The notes beneath the pieces are model-generated. The model ran no database searches, was not told where the DNA came from, and saw only the letters and a list, made by a program, of their open reading frames with translations. A stretch of 64,000 bases of DNA from an uncultured Gemmatimonadales bacterium (GTDB lineage Bacteria; Gemmatimonadota; Gemmatimonadetes; Gemmatimonadales; GWC2-71-9), in NCBI GenBank assembly GCA_963757525.1, contig CAVWRM010000001.1:3224884-3288883 (forward strand), given 5' to 3'. The stretch's first letter is position 1, and every line of letters begins with the position of its first letter. A program made the position numbers and the translations under genes. This document shows positions 1 to 9,201 of this stretch, one piece after another.

Positions 1-1
1 G

Positions 2-2383
2 CGCAATGCCGGTGCGCCCCTCACGCTCGGTGAGCGGACCGGGCCCTATCGGGTGATCCGGGAGCTGGGAGCCGGTGGCATGGGTGTGGTGTTCCTGGCC
101 GAGCGGGAGGACGTGGGCAAGCGCGTCGCGCTCAAGCTGCTGCGCGAGGGCGGGATGGCCTCCGGCGAGCGGGTGCGACGGTTTCTGCTCGAACGGCGTG
201 TGCTCGCGCGGCTGGAGCATCCCAACATCGCCCGGCTCCTCGATGCCGGCGCCACCGAGCATCGCACACCTTACCTCGTCATGGAATACGTGGAGGGCAC
301 GCCGATCGACCGGTTCTGCGACGAGCACCGCCTACCGATCGCCGACCGCCTGGAGCTGTTTCGAACGGTCTGCCAGGCCGTCCACTACGCGCACCAAAGC
401 CTCGTGATCCACCGGGATCTCAAGCCCTCCAACATCCTGGTGACCGAAAACGGGCAGGTGAAGCTTCTCGATTTCGGGATCGCCAAGCTCCTGGCCGATC
501 ACACGTCGCTGGCCCTCGCCGAGGCCCGGACCGGGCTCCTGATGCTCACGCCCGAATACGCGTCGCCGGAGCAGGTAAGAGGCGAGTCCGTCACCACTGC
601 CAGCGACGTCTACTCCCTCGGCGTGGTCCTCTACCAGCTCCTGACCGGCTCACGGCCGTACCAGTTGGCCTCGCGCACGCCGGCTGAGGTCGAGCGGGTG
701 GTCTGCGAGGCGATGCCGGCGCGGCCTTCCGACGCCATCGTGCGCGAGGACCCCGGCGGCGTTGCCGCGGCGAGAAACACATCCATCGAGCGATTGCGCC
801 GCGGTCTGCGCGGCGACCTCGACACCATCGTGCTCAAGGCGCTCAGCAAGGAGCCGGGCCGCAGGTATCTCTCGGCGTACCAATTGTCGGACGATCTTCG
901 CCGGCATCTCGACCGGCTGCCGGTGCTGGCCCGGAAGGACACGGCCGCATACCTCATGGGGAAGTTTCTCCGGCGCCACTGGATTGGCGCCGGCGCGGCG
1001 GCGCTCATCATCCTGAGCCTCGTCGCCGGGATCGCGGCGACCGCCTGGCAGGCGCAGCGTGCCGAGGCCCAGCGCATCGTGGCGGAGGAACGCTTCCGTG
1101 ACGTCCGCTCGCTCGCCACGACGGTGCTGTTCGAGATCCACGATGCCGTGGCCGAGCTTCCCGGTGCCACCCGGGCGCGCGCGCTGCTCATGGGGAGAGG
1201 CCTCGAGTACCTGAACCGCCTCTCGCGACAGAGTCACGGCGACCCGGGTCTCCAAGGGGAGATCGCCCAGGCATACATCAGGCTCGGCGTCGCGCAGGGC
1301 AATCCGACCGGCGCCAATCTCGGGGACCTCGGGGCCGCTCGCGTGAGCCTTACCAAGGCCCTGATGATGGCGAGCGAGCTGGTCGACAACGACTCCACCA
1401 ACCGAGCCGCCCGCCGCTCGTTGGCTTTGGCCCACGAAAAGCTCGGCGATGTCAAAGCCTGGAGCGGTGACGTCCCCGGCGCTGTCGCCGATGCCCGCGA
1501 GGCGCTGCGGCACTGGGAGTACCTCTCGCGGACCGATCCCGACAATGCCGGCGCCCGGCTCCCCGTCGCCATCAGCACCACCAAGCTGGGCGATCTGCTC
1601 GGCCATCCGGCGTTCCCGAACCTCGGCGACCGCGCCGGCGCGGAACTGCAGTACCGGCGAACCCTCGCGCTGCTGCAGACGCCGATCGTCGACAGCGTGG
1701 CCGAGCGACGGCGCCGCCGGCACATCGCACTGAGTCACGAGCGGCTCGGCATGATGTTCAAGCTCGAGGGCCGGTACGACGAGGCCCTCGATGCGCTCGA
1801 GCGATCCCTCGCGCTCCGCGAAGAGCTCTCCCGGGAGGACCTCACGACCGCCGATGCCACACGCGACGTCGCCGTGTCCCGGGAGAATCTGTGCCAGGTG
1901 CATCTTGCCCGGGGAAACGTCGCTGCGGCCTCGGAGGACTGCGGAAAGGCGGTCGAGCTATACCGGGGACTCCACGCGGCCGACCCCGGCAACGCACAGG
2001 GTCTCACCGATCTGGCCGTGGCCGAGAGCGAGACCGCGGAGGTACTCGAGGCGCGAGGACAATGGACGGCGGCGCTCTCGGCCCTCGATCGGAGTACCCG
2101 GCTGCTTCAGGAATTTCTGCGCACCAATCCGGGGAACTTGCCGGCGGAGCGCCAGCTGGCCCGCAATCCGCTCCATGGGAGCGTGCTCCAAGCCCGGATC
2201 GCAGGCACCTTGCGCGGCGCCGATCGCGCCCGGCACGAGAGCGAGGCTCGGAGCCTGTTCGAGCGCGGTCGCGAGGCGCTCCTCATCTCCCTGACGAAGG
2301 GTACCACGAGCGAGGACGAGGCCGACAAGAGCCTCCGGACCGAAGCGGAGCGGGTGATCTCGCGGATGCCTGCCGGGAAATGA
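2..2383 (+). CDS. Hanks-type Ser/Thr protein kinase with one TM segment and a helical-repeat (TPR-like) C-terminal region; 5' end probably outside the window
   Basis: Frame is open from nt 2 (upstream of the GTG at 53). Motifs: 'LGAGGMGVV' P-loop, 'VALK', 'HRDLKPSNIL', 'DFG', 'SPE'. Hydrophobic 'AGAAALIILSLVAGIAATAW'. Repeat-rich tail. Confidence 0.85.
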   Translation, partial: RNAGAPLTLGERTGPYRVIRELGAGGMGVVFLAEREDVGKRVALKLLREGGMASGERVRRFLLERRVLARLEHPNIARLLDAGATEHRTPYLVMEYVEGTPIDRFCDEHRLPIADRLELFRTVCQAVHYAHQSLVIHRDLKPSNILVTENGQVKLLDFGIAKLLADHTSLALAEARTGLLMLTPEYASPEQVRGESVTTASDVYSLGVVLYQLLTGSRPYQLASRTPAEVERVVCEAMPARPSDAIVREDPGGVAAARNTSIERLRRGLRGDLDTIVLKALSKEPGRRYLSAYQLSDDLRRHLDRLPVLARKDTAAYLMGKFLRRHWIGAGAAALIILSLVAGIAATAWQAQRAEAQRIVAEERFRDVRSLATTVLFEIHDAVAELPGATRARALLMGRGLEYLNRLSRQSHGDPGLQGEIAQAYIRLGVAQGNPTGANLGDLGAARVSLTKALMMASELVDNDSTNRAARRSLALAHEKLGDVKAWSGDVPGAVADAREALRHWEYLSRTDPDNAGARLPVAISTTKLGDLLGHPAFPNLGDRAGAELQYRRTLALLQTPIVDSVAERRRRRHIALSHERLGMMFKLEGRYDEALDALERSLALREELSREDLTTADATRDVAVSRENLCQVHLARGNVAAASEDCGKAVELYRGLHAADPGNAQGLTDLAVAESETAEVLEARGQWTAALSALDRSTRLLQEFLRTNPGNLPAERQLARNPLHGSVLQARIAGTLRGADRARHESEARSLFERGREALLISLTKGTTSEDEADKSLRTEAERVISRMPAGK

Positions 2384-2408
2384 CCCCCCTCAAATTGAGC
2401 ACCGCGAC

Positions 2409-3302
2409 GTGATGGCCGGTTCTGAGGCCACGACGTTCGGACATGTCGCACTGGCCGGCGCTCCCAACGCCGGCAAGTCCTCGCTGCTCAATGCGCTCGT
2501 CGGCCAGCGGTTGGCGATCGTCAGTCCCCGAGCTCAGACTACACGGCTTCCGGTGATCGGACTGCGGACCGACGATCGCCGGCAGATCGTGTTCCACGAT
2601 CTCCCCGGCCTGCTGGATCCCGCCTATCTCCTCCAGGTCCGCATGCAGAGCGCGGCGGTGAGCGCGCTCGCCGACGTGGACCTGATTCTGCATCTTCATC
2701 CAGCGTCCGATGCACCCGCGCCGTCGTTCACGAGCCTGGCCCGGCTGGATCCGCCGCCATCGGCTCCGGTGCTCGTGGTATACACCAAGAGGGATCTCGT
2801 GAGCGAGCGGCACGCTCTCGACCTGGAGCGGAGCGATCTCGTCGTCTCGGCCAGAACCGGAGCCGGCCTCGACCGTCTGATCGCGCGGACCAGCGGCTAT
2901 CTGCCGCCCGGCGAGCATCGGTTCGATGGCGAAGACGTGGGGACGCAGCCGGTGCGGTTCTTTGCGGGCGAGTACGTACGCGAAGCCGCGTTCGCCCTGC
3001 TTCAGGACGAGGTGCCCTACGCCGTATCGGCCGAGGTGGAGGAGTTTCGCGAAGCCGAACGGCCCGTGTACATTCGGGTCACTCTGTACGTCGAGCGTGA
3101 GTCGCAAAAGCGGATCGTGATCGGCGCCGGAGGGCGCACCATCAAAGCCATCGGCGCCCAGGCGCGCGAGCAGATGGAATCCCTTCTCGGCGCTCCGGTG
3201 TACCTCGATCTCTGGGTCAAGGTGCTGCCCCACTGGAGGGCCGACGCGGCGGCGCTCGCACGGCTCGGATTTCCGGACCCCATTCGGAGGGAGGTTCCGT
3301 GA
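2409..3302 (+). CDS. era: GTPase Era
   Basis: G1 '[14 protein letters not shown]', 'TTR', 'DLPG', 'TKRD'. C-terminal KH-like segment '[27 protein letters not shown]'. An ATG at 2412 is an alternative start. Confidence 0.9.
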   Translation: MMAGSEATTFGHVALAGAPNAGKSSLLNALVGQRLAIVSPRAQTTRLPVIGLRTDDRRQIVFHDLPGLLDPAYLLQVRMQSAAVSALADVDLILHLHPASDAPAPSFTSLARLDPPPSAPVLVVYTKRDLVSERHALDLERSDLVVSARTGAGLDRLIARTSGYLPPGEHRFDGEDVGTQPVRFFAGEYVREAAFALLQDEVPYAVSAEVEEFREAERPVYIRVTLYVERESQKRIVIGAGGRTIKAIGAQAREQMESLLGAPVYLDLWVKVLPHWRADAAALARLGFPDPIRREVP

Positions 3303-3484
3303 CCCTGGCGCCTGAGCTCTTGCAGATCCTGGTCTGCCCGAAATGCAAGGGCGACCTCGAGTACCGTCCCGCCCCCGCCCCCGCCCCCGCCCCCGAGGCG
3401 TTGATCTGCCACGCCTGCCGGCTGGTCTACCCGGTGGAGGATGGCATTCCCATCATGCTGATCGAAGAGGCCAAGCCCCTCTGA
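3299..3484 (+). CDS. Trm112/UPF0434-family small zinc-ribbon protein
   Basis: '[14 protein letters not shown]...[27 protein letters not shown]' with two CxxC pairs. GTGA overlap with the era stop. Confidence 0.75.
   Translation: MTLAPELLQILVCPKCKGDLEYRPAPAPAPAPEALICHACRLVYPVEDGIPIMLIEEAKPL
3368..3394 (+). repeat. Hexanucleotide (CCCGCC)n microsatellite encoding (PA)n inside the Trm112-like gene
   Basis: Direct read: cccgcc repeated about 4.5 times, translated as PAPAPAPAP between the two CxxC pairs. Confidence 0.9.
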
Positions 3485-3531
3485 CCGACCGCTCCAGCCC
3501 CTCACCGAGCGGGCGGGGGATTCCCTGGCGG

Positions 3532-4569
3532 TTGGTCCTTCTCACCGCCCTCCCCGTCAGCATCGTCCTCGGCTACGTCGTTCACGCCTCCGCCCTTTGG
3601 GTGTTCATCACCGCATGCCTGGGCGTTCTGCCACTCGCGGGGGCCATGGGAGAGGCCACCGAGCACCTGGCCCATCATACGGGCCCTACCGTCGGGGGCC
3701 TCCTCAACGCGACGTTCGGCAATGCCGCCGAGCTGATCATCGCGATCGTGGCGCTCCGGGCCGGGCTGACGGACCTGGTCAAGGCGTCCATCACCGGGAG
3801 CATCCTTGGCAACCTCTTGCTCATTATGGGGTTAGCTATCATAGCCGGAGGGATCAATCGGCGGGAGCTCCGCTTCGATCGGACCAACGCGGGAATAAGC
3901 GCCGGCATGCTCTGCTGCGCCGTCGTCGCCCTCGTTTTTCCCGCGCTTTATCACAACCTCCACACGGGCGGGGCGGCGCGGTTGTCCGAGCTCAGGATGT
4001 CGGAGGCCGTGGCCGTAATCCTGCTGATTACGTACGCCTGCTCGTTGTTCTTCACGCTGCGGACGCACCGACGGCTCTTCGGGACGGAGGCGCACCCGAC
4101 TGACGGCCCGGTCTGGGGGAAGGGGAAGGCGGTGGCGGTGTTGGCCGCGGCGACCGTCGGCGTGGCCGTGGAGTCGGAGCTGCTCGTGCACGCGGCGAGT
4201 GAGGCGACCGAGGCCGTGGGGCTGCCATCCGTGTTCCTCGGTCTCATCGTGATTCCCATCATCGGCAACGCGGCGGAGCACGCGGCGGCGGTGATGCTGG
4301 CGAGGAAGGGACAGATCGATCTGGGGCTGCAGATTGCGCTCGGATCCAGCACTCAAATCGCCCTGCTGGTCGCGCCGATATTAGTGTTCGCGGGCCTGAC
4401 CCTGGGCACCAATATGGATCTGGTATTCAGGCCGTTCGAGGTCGTCGCGCTGGGGCTGGCGACGCTGCTGACGGCGATCATCCTGCTGGATGGGGAGACG
4501 CACTGGTTCGAGGGAGTGCAACTTCTTGCAGTGTATGGGATGGTAGCGGTCGGCGCCTATTTTCTATGA
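3532..4569 (+). CDS. Ca2+/H+ antiporter (CaCA/CAX family)
   Basis: Two alpha-repeat signatures, 'GNAAELIIAIVAL' and 'GNAAEHAAAVMLA', in a polytopic hydrophobic protein. The start is uncertain: TTG 3532 chosen, GTG 3601 is an alternative. The 5' part of the 3343 ORF overlaps the Trm112 gene. Confidence 0.8.
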   Translation: MVLLTALPVSIVLGYVVHASALWVFITACLGVLPLAGAMGEATEHLAHHTGPTVGGLLNATFGNAAELIIAIVALRAGLTDLVKASITGSILGNLLLIMGLAIIAGGINRRELRFDRTNAGISAGMLCCAVVALVFPALYHNLHTGGAARLSELRMSEAVAVILLITYACSLFFTLRTHRRLFGTEAHPTDGPVWGKGKAVAVLAAATVGVAVESELLVHAASEATEAVGLPSVFLGLIVIPIIGNAAEHAAAVMLARKGQIDLGLQIALGSSTQIALLVAPILVFAGLTLGTNMDLVFRPFEVVALGLATLLTAIILLDGETHWFEGVQLLAVYGMVAVGAYFL

Positions 4570-4631
4570 CCGTCTTGGCCCCAGCGGGCGGCCAAGCTAG
4601 CTTGTGATAACCCCTTACGAAAGGTCATGGG

Positions 4632-5615
4632 TTGCGAACTCGCCCGACGATACTCTTCTATTCGCCGGACGGCTCGCCGGTGCCAGCGCTGGTGCGCCAG
4701 TGGGCATCTACTAACGCCTTTCCGCTCCTGGTCTTCATCCAGCCCGACGAGGTCGAAGCGATCGTCCTGCGCGGGCATCCGTGCCTGCTGTTCGTGGATG
4801 GCAACGGGGCGCGCGAGGAAGCCGTCGGGCTCGTCACGCGGCTGAAGAGCGATGCCTTCACGGCGATCGTGCCGGTGACCGCGCTGGCCCCGGATCACCA
4901 CTCCGACCAGGTGCAGGCGTGGTTCGCGGCCGGCGCCGACGAGGTGGTCACCGGACTCTTCACCCCGGCAGAGCAGCGCGCACGCCTCGATGCCATGCTC
5001 GTGCGCACCGAGCGTGACGTTTCGGTGCATCCGTCCACCCGGCTGCCCGGCACCACCGAAATCGAGCGCGAGATTCGCCGCCGGCTGGAGTCCGACCAGG
5101 ACTTCGCGGTGTGCTACGCCGACCTCGATCACTTCAAGGAGTTCAACGACCGGTACAGCTATTACGATGGCGACCGTGTCATCTATCTTCTCTCCCGGAT
5201 CCTGCACGACGTGGTCAAGGGACTCATGGGGGCGCGAGGCTTCGTCGGTCATATCGGCGGCGACGACTTCATTTTCGTGATCCCGGCGACCGAGATCAGT
5301 CAGGTGTGCGGCGAGATTCTCGACGTATTCGACACGCTGATCCCGCTGCAGTACAACGAGCAGGACCGGCGCGCCGGTTACTTCTTCGGGAAGGATCGCC
5401 GGGGCCAGCTGCACCGGGTGCCGCTCATGACCCTGTCGATCGGCATCGTGACCAACCGGCACCGCCGGTTTGCGCATCCGGCGCAGGTGAGCGAGCTTGC
5501 GACGGAAATGAAGAGTTACGCCAAGACCCTCCCCGGCTCGGTGTTCGTGGTGGACCGCCGGCAGGGCGCCAACGGCGAGGAACGCCCGGGCTCGGCGTTC
5601 CGCGAACAGCCGTGA
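4632..5615 (+). CDS. Receiver-like domain + GGDEF-family domain protein (variant motif GGDDF)
   Basis: N-terminal CheY-like pattern ('ILFYSPDG', 'LLFVDGNG'). C-terminal 'DLDHFKEFND...GDRVI...GHIGGDDFIFV'. TTG is the only in-frame start after the stop at 4608, with GAAAGG 7 nt upstream. Confidence 0.75.
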   Translation: MRTRPTILFYSPDGSPVPALVRQWASTNAFPLLVFIQPDEVEAIVLRGHPCLLFVDGNGAREEAVGLVTRLKSDAFTAIVPVTALAPDHHSDQVQAWFAAGADEVVTGLFTPAEQRARLDAMLVRTERDVSVHPSTRLPGTTEIEREIRRRLESDQDFAVCYADLDHFKEFNDRYSYYDGDRVIYLLSRILHDVVKGLMGARGFVGHIGGDDFIFVIPATEISQVCGEILDVFDTLIPLQYNEQDRRAGYFFGKDRRGQLHRVPLMTLSIGIVTNRHRRFAHPAQVSELATEMKSYAKTLPGSVFVVDRRQGANGEERPGSAFREQP

Positions 5616-5622
5616 GGATCAG

Positions 5623-6435
5623 ATGAACGTCACGTGTCCCAACTGCGCAACCATCTACCGCGTGGACCCGGCAAAGGTGCCGGAGTCCGGCGTGCGCGCA
5701 CGCTGCAACGTGTGCAGCGCGGTGTTCGCCGTGCGGGTGGAGGCGCCCGCGGTGCCGGCACCGAGAGCCGCGACGCCGCCCCCCGCGGCCCCGGCACCGT
5801 CGCTGCACCCACGCGCTGAGGCGCCGCGACCGGCTCCAACGGCAGTGGCGGCTCCGCCTGCCCCCACGCCTGCACCGGCTCCGCAGCCCGTGCCGGCCGT
5901 TCCACGCCCTGGGGCTTTCCCCGTAGTCACGGCCCCGCCGGCACCTCAGGCCCCCGCAGGTCCGGCCGCCAGCCCGGCTCGTCCCGCCGCTCCGGCTCGG
6001 CCGTTCGCGCCGGTCGCTGCGCCGGTCACGTCCCCGGCGCCGGCCGTGCCCCAATCACCGATGGCACAGCCGCCGGCGTTCGCGCCCGCAACACCATCGC
6101 CGGCGCCCGCACCGATGGCAGCTCCGCGCCCCGCGTCCCCGGCGGCACCAGCCTCCACGCCCGCGCCCAGGGCGGTGAACCCGTTCCTGTCTCAGGATCC
6201 CTCGCTCAAGGCTCGCCGGCTCGCGCGCGCGCTCATCTCCGACATGGTGGTGTACCACCCGGCCAAGCGACAGGACGGGTTGCGCGACGGGACCCTGAGG
6301 GAGCTGTTCGCGGAGGAGATCAAGAAGAGCTGGGAGGAATACGCCGACCAGGTCGGCCGCGAGATCGCCGACTCGACGCCCTACTTCAAAGAGGCGCTCA
6401 ACGAGATCCTGGCCGGCGGGAGGCAGATGTTCTAG
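5623..6435 (+). CDS. MJ0042-type zinc-ribbon protein with a long Pro/Ala-rich linker and a conserved-looking C-terminal helical domain
   Basis: 'MNVTCPNCATIYRVD...RARCNVCSAVFAV', then about 150 aa of P/A low complexity, then 'ARALISDMVVYHPAKR...EEIKKSWEEYADQVG'. Lies 7 nt after the GGDEF gene. Confidence 0.7.
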   Translation: MNVTCPNCATIYRVDPAKVPESGVRARCNVCSAVFAVRVEAPAVPAPRAATPPPAAPAPSLHPRAEAPRPAPTAVAAPPAPTPAPAPQPVPAVPRPGAFPVVTAPPAPQAPAGPAASPARPAAPARPFAPVAAPVTSPAPAVPQSPMAQPPAFAPATPSPAPAPMAAPRPASPAAPASTPAPRAVNPFLSQDPSLKARRLARALISDMVVYHPAKRQDGLRDGTLRELFAEEIKKSWEEYADQVGREIADSTPYFKEALNEILAGGRQMF

Positions 6436-6436
6436 A

Positions 6437-6525
6437 GGGCGGAACGGCGGAACGGCGGAGCGCACGATGGGCTCAGTAAGAGGTCCAGCGTCTCGCCGAT
6501 CGCGACACCTGCCGCCGTTCCGCCC
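6437..6525. repeat. Long-range inverted repeat with tandem GGCGGAAC octamers in the spacer upstream of prfB
   Basis: GGGCGGAACGGCGG (6437-6450; the octamer is repeated to 6458) is the exact reverse complement of CCGCCGTTCCGCCC (6512-6525). It is followed by a C/T-rich tract containing TTCCCGTC twice. Confidence 0.8.
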
Positions 6526-6588
6526 TTCCGTCTTTCCCGTCCTTCCCGTCTATCTTTCCACTGACTCCAGAACCCACGGGTACCCCGA

Positions 6589-7693
6589 ATGGCCGATCTC
6601 GTCGACCGCCTGACGGAGCTGCAGCACCGGATCCTCGAGCTCCGAGACTTCCTTTGACCTGCCGGCTAAATCCGCCCGCCTGATCAGCCTCGAATCCCAG
6701 CAGGCCGAAGCCGGCTTCTGGAACAATCCGGAGTCGGCCCGGGCGTCCGTCCAGGAGCTCAAGCGTCTCAAGGCCTGGGTCACGCCCTACGAAGGCCTGC
6801 GCCAGCGTCTCGACGGCGCGGTCGAGATGGCGCAGCTTCTCGAGCAAGAGCCCGACCAGTCCATGGAGGCGGAGGTCGTGCGAGAGGCCGAGGAGCTCTC
6901 CGCGGCGGTCGAGGCCTTCGAGCTCCAGGCGATGCTGCAGGGCCCGGAGGATGCTCGCGACGCGCTGCTCACCATTCACCCCGGCGCCGGCGGCACCGAA
7001 TCGCAGGACTGGGCCGAGATGTTGATGCGGATGTATGTCCGCTGGGCCGAGCGTCACGGCTTCGAGGTCGCGATCCTCGACCTGCTCCCCGGCGAAGAGG
7101 CGGGGATCAAGTCGGTCTCCATCCAGATCAAGGGCGAATACGCCTACGGCTATCTCAAGGCGGAGAAGGGTGTCCACCGCCTGGTCCGCATCTCGCCGTA
7201 CGACAGCCAGGCCCGGCGACATACCTCGTTCGCCTCGGTGTTCGTCTACCCCGACATCGACGATACGATCGAGATCGATCTCCGGGAGGAGGACATCAAG
7301 ATGGATGTGTTCCGCGCGTCGGGCGCCGGGGGCCAGCACGTCAACAAGACCTCGTCGGCGGTCCGCCTGACCCACGTGCCCACCGGCGTCGTGGTATCCT
7401 GCCAGCAGGAGCGGAGCCAGACGAAGAACCGCGCCACGGCGATGAAGATGTTGCGGGCCGCCCTGTACCAGCGAAAGTTGGAGGAGCAGGAAGCGGCGCG
7501 CGCCGCGGTGGAGGCCACCAAGACCGACAACTCGTGGGGCAATCAGATCCGCTCGTACGTCTTCCAGCCGTACACGATGGTCAATGACCACCGGACCGAG
7601 GTCAAGGTCGGCGACGTCCAGCGCGTGATGGACGGAGATCTGGACACGTTCATCCAGGCGTACCTCAAGCGGTTCGGAGGCAAGGCCGCGTGA
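6589..7693 (+). CDS. prfB: Peptide chain release factor 2, requires programmed +1 frameshift at 6652-6658
   Basis: The ATG 6589 ORF of 22 codons ends 'CTT TGA C'. The +1 frame continues 'DLPAKSARLISLESQQAEAGFWNNPE...' into the 6827 ORF, which has 'SGAGGQHVNKT' and 'RRHTSFASV'. Confidence 0.93.
6652..6658 (+). promoter_or_regulatory. prfB autoregulatory +1 frameshift site CUU UGA C
   Basis: Exact canonical heptamer ctt tga c. The downstream frame (6656) is in phase with the RF2 body (6827-6656 = 171). Confidence 0.88.
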
Positions 7694-9201
7694 GCACGGT
7701 GGACGAGCGCACCTACCTCGAAACGGCGCGTCGCGACAAGCGGACGGCACTCGAGGCCGCCGGTGTGCCGCCCTTCGCCTATCGCTACGAGCGGAGTCAT
7801 CTGGCGGCGGACGCGGTCGCGCTCTATCAGGATGCCATGGGCGAGAACGGACCTCCCGTCGCGGTGGCCGGACGGATCGTTGCCCTGCGGTCGCAGGGCA
7901 AGACGACGTTCATGCATTTGGAGGACGCGAGCGGGCGGGTGCAGGTCTACTTCAAGCGCGACCTGTTGGGCGCGGCATGGGACATCATCGAGCTGCTCGA
8001 TCTCGACGATCACGTCGGTGTGAAGGGAGCCCTCTTCAGGACCCGGACCGGTGAGGTGACCGTCCGCGCCGGCGAGGTCACGCTGCTGGCCAAGTCGCTC
8101 CGCCCCCTCCCCCGCGGCAAAACGCAAGCCGGGGCGGACGGGGCGACCACCTTCGGCGGGCTCACCGATCCCGAGGTGCGCTACCGCCAACGGTACGCCG
8201 ATCTCGCGGTGCATCCCGACGTTCGGGAGGTCTTTCGCCTCCGCGCCAGGGCGGTCAGCTATCTCCGCCGGCGGCTCGACGCGCTCGGGTTCCTCGAGGT
8301 GGAGACACCCATCCTCCAGCCGTTGTATGGGGGCGCGGCGGCGCGGCCCTTCATGACCCATCACAACGCGCTCGACATGCCGCTCTACCTCCGGATCGCC
8401 GACGAGCTCTACCTCAAGCGCCTGCTGGTCGGCGGTCTCGAGCGGGTGTACGAGATCGGTCACGATTTCCGGAACGAAGGGATGGACCGGACGCACAATC
8501 CCGAGTTCACCATGCTCGAGCTGTACCAGGCATACGCCGACTACACCGACATGATGGATCTGACCGAGTCCCTGGTCGTCGGCGTGCTCGACGACTGTCT
8601 CGGGACCCGGGTCATCGGGCGTCAGGGGACCACCCTAGACTTCACGCCGCCCTTCGCCAGGGTCCGCTTCGTCGAGGCCGTGCAGGAGCGCTGCGGGCTC
8701 GACCTCCGCACCGCGAGCGACGAGGAGATGCGGGCGGTGCTGCGCGCACGGGGGGTGGAAGCCGACGAGGTGAGGGATCTCCTCGGCGGGAGGCTGCAGG
8801 ACGAAGTCTTCAAGACCGTCCTCGAGCCGGAGCTGGTGCAGCCCACCTTCGTGATGGACTACCCGCGGGCGCTCTCCCCCCTCGCCAAGGTCCACCGGAC
8901 CGATCCCGAGCTCACCGAGCGGTTCGAGCTGTTCGTGGGCGGGCGGGAGCTGGCCAACGCATTCAGCGAGCTCAACGACCCGGACGATCAGCGGCGCCGC
9001 TTCGAGGAACAGGCGCGCCAGCGGGCCGCGGGCGACGAGGAGGCTCACGCCTTCGATGCCGACTATATCCGCGCGCTGGAGTACGGCATGCCGCCGGCCG
9101 GTGGCATGGGCATGGGCGTCGACCGGCTGCTCATGCTCGTGGCCGACCAGCCCTCGATCCGCGACGTGATTCTCTTTCCCGCGATGAGGCCGGAGGCCTA
9201 G
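7690..9201 (+). CDS. lysS: Lysine--tRNA ligase (class II)
   Basis: 'HNPEFTMLELYQAYADY', 'ERFELFVGGRELANAFSELNDP', 'GMPPAGGMGMGVDRL'. GTGA overlap with the prfB stop. Confidence 0.93.
   Translation: MSTVDERTYLETARRDKRTALEAAGVPPFAYRYERSHLAADAVALYQDAMGENGPPVAVAGRIVALRSQGKTTFMHLEDASGRVQVYFKRDLLGAAWDIIELLDLDDHVGVKGALFRTRTGEVTVRAGEVTLLAKSLRPLPRGKTQAGADGATTFGGLTDPEVRYRQRYADLAVHPDVREVFRLRARAVSYLRRRLDALGFLEVETPILQPLYGGAAARPFMTHHNALDMPLYLRIADELYLKRLLVGGLERVYEIGHDFRNEGMDRTHNPEFTMLELYQAYADYTDMMDLTESLVVGVLDDCLGTRVIGRQGTTLDFTPPFARVRFVEAVQERCGLDLRTASDEEMRAVLRARGVEADEVRDLLGGRLQDEVFKTVLEPELVQPTFVMDYPRALSPLAKVHRTDPELTERFELFVGGRELANAFSELNDPDDQRRRFEEQARQRAAGDEEAHAFDADYIRALEYGMPPAGGMGMGVDRLLMLVADQPSIRDVILFPAMRPEA

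Noticed and set aside
6473-7750. 425-aa minus-strand ORF covering the prfB region
   Set aside because: It is antisense to RF2, which is confirmed by the GGQ motif and the canonical frameshift site.
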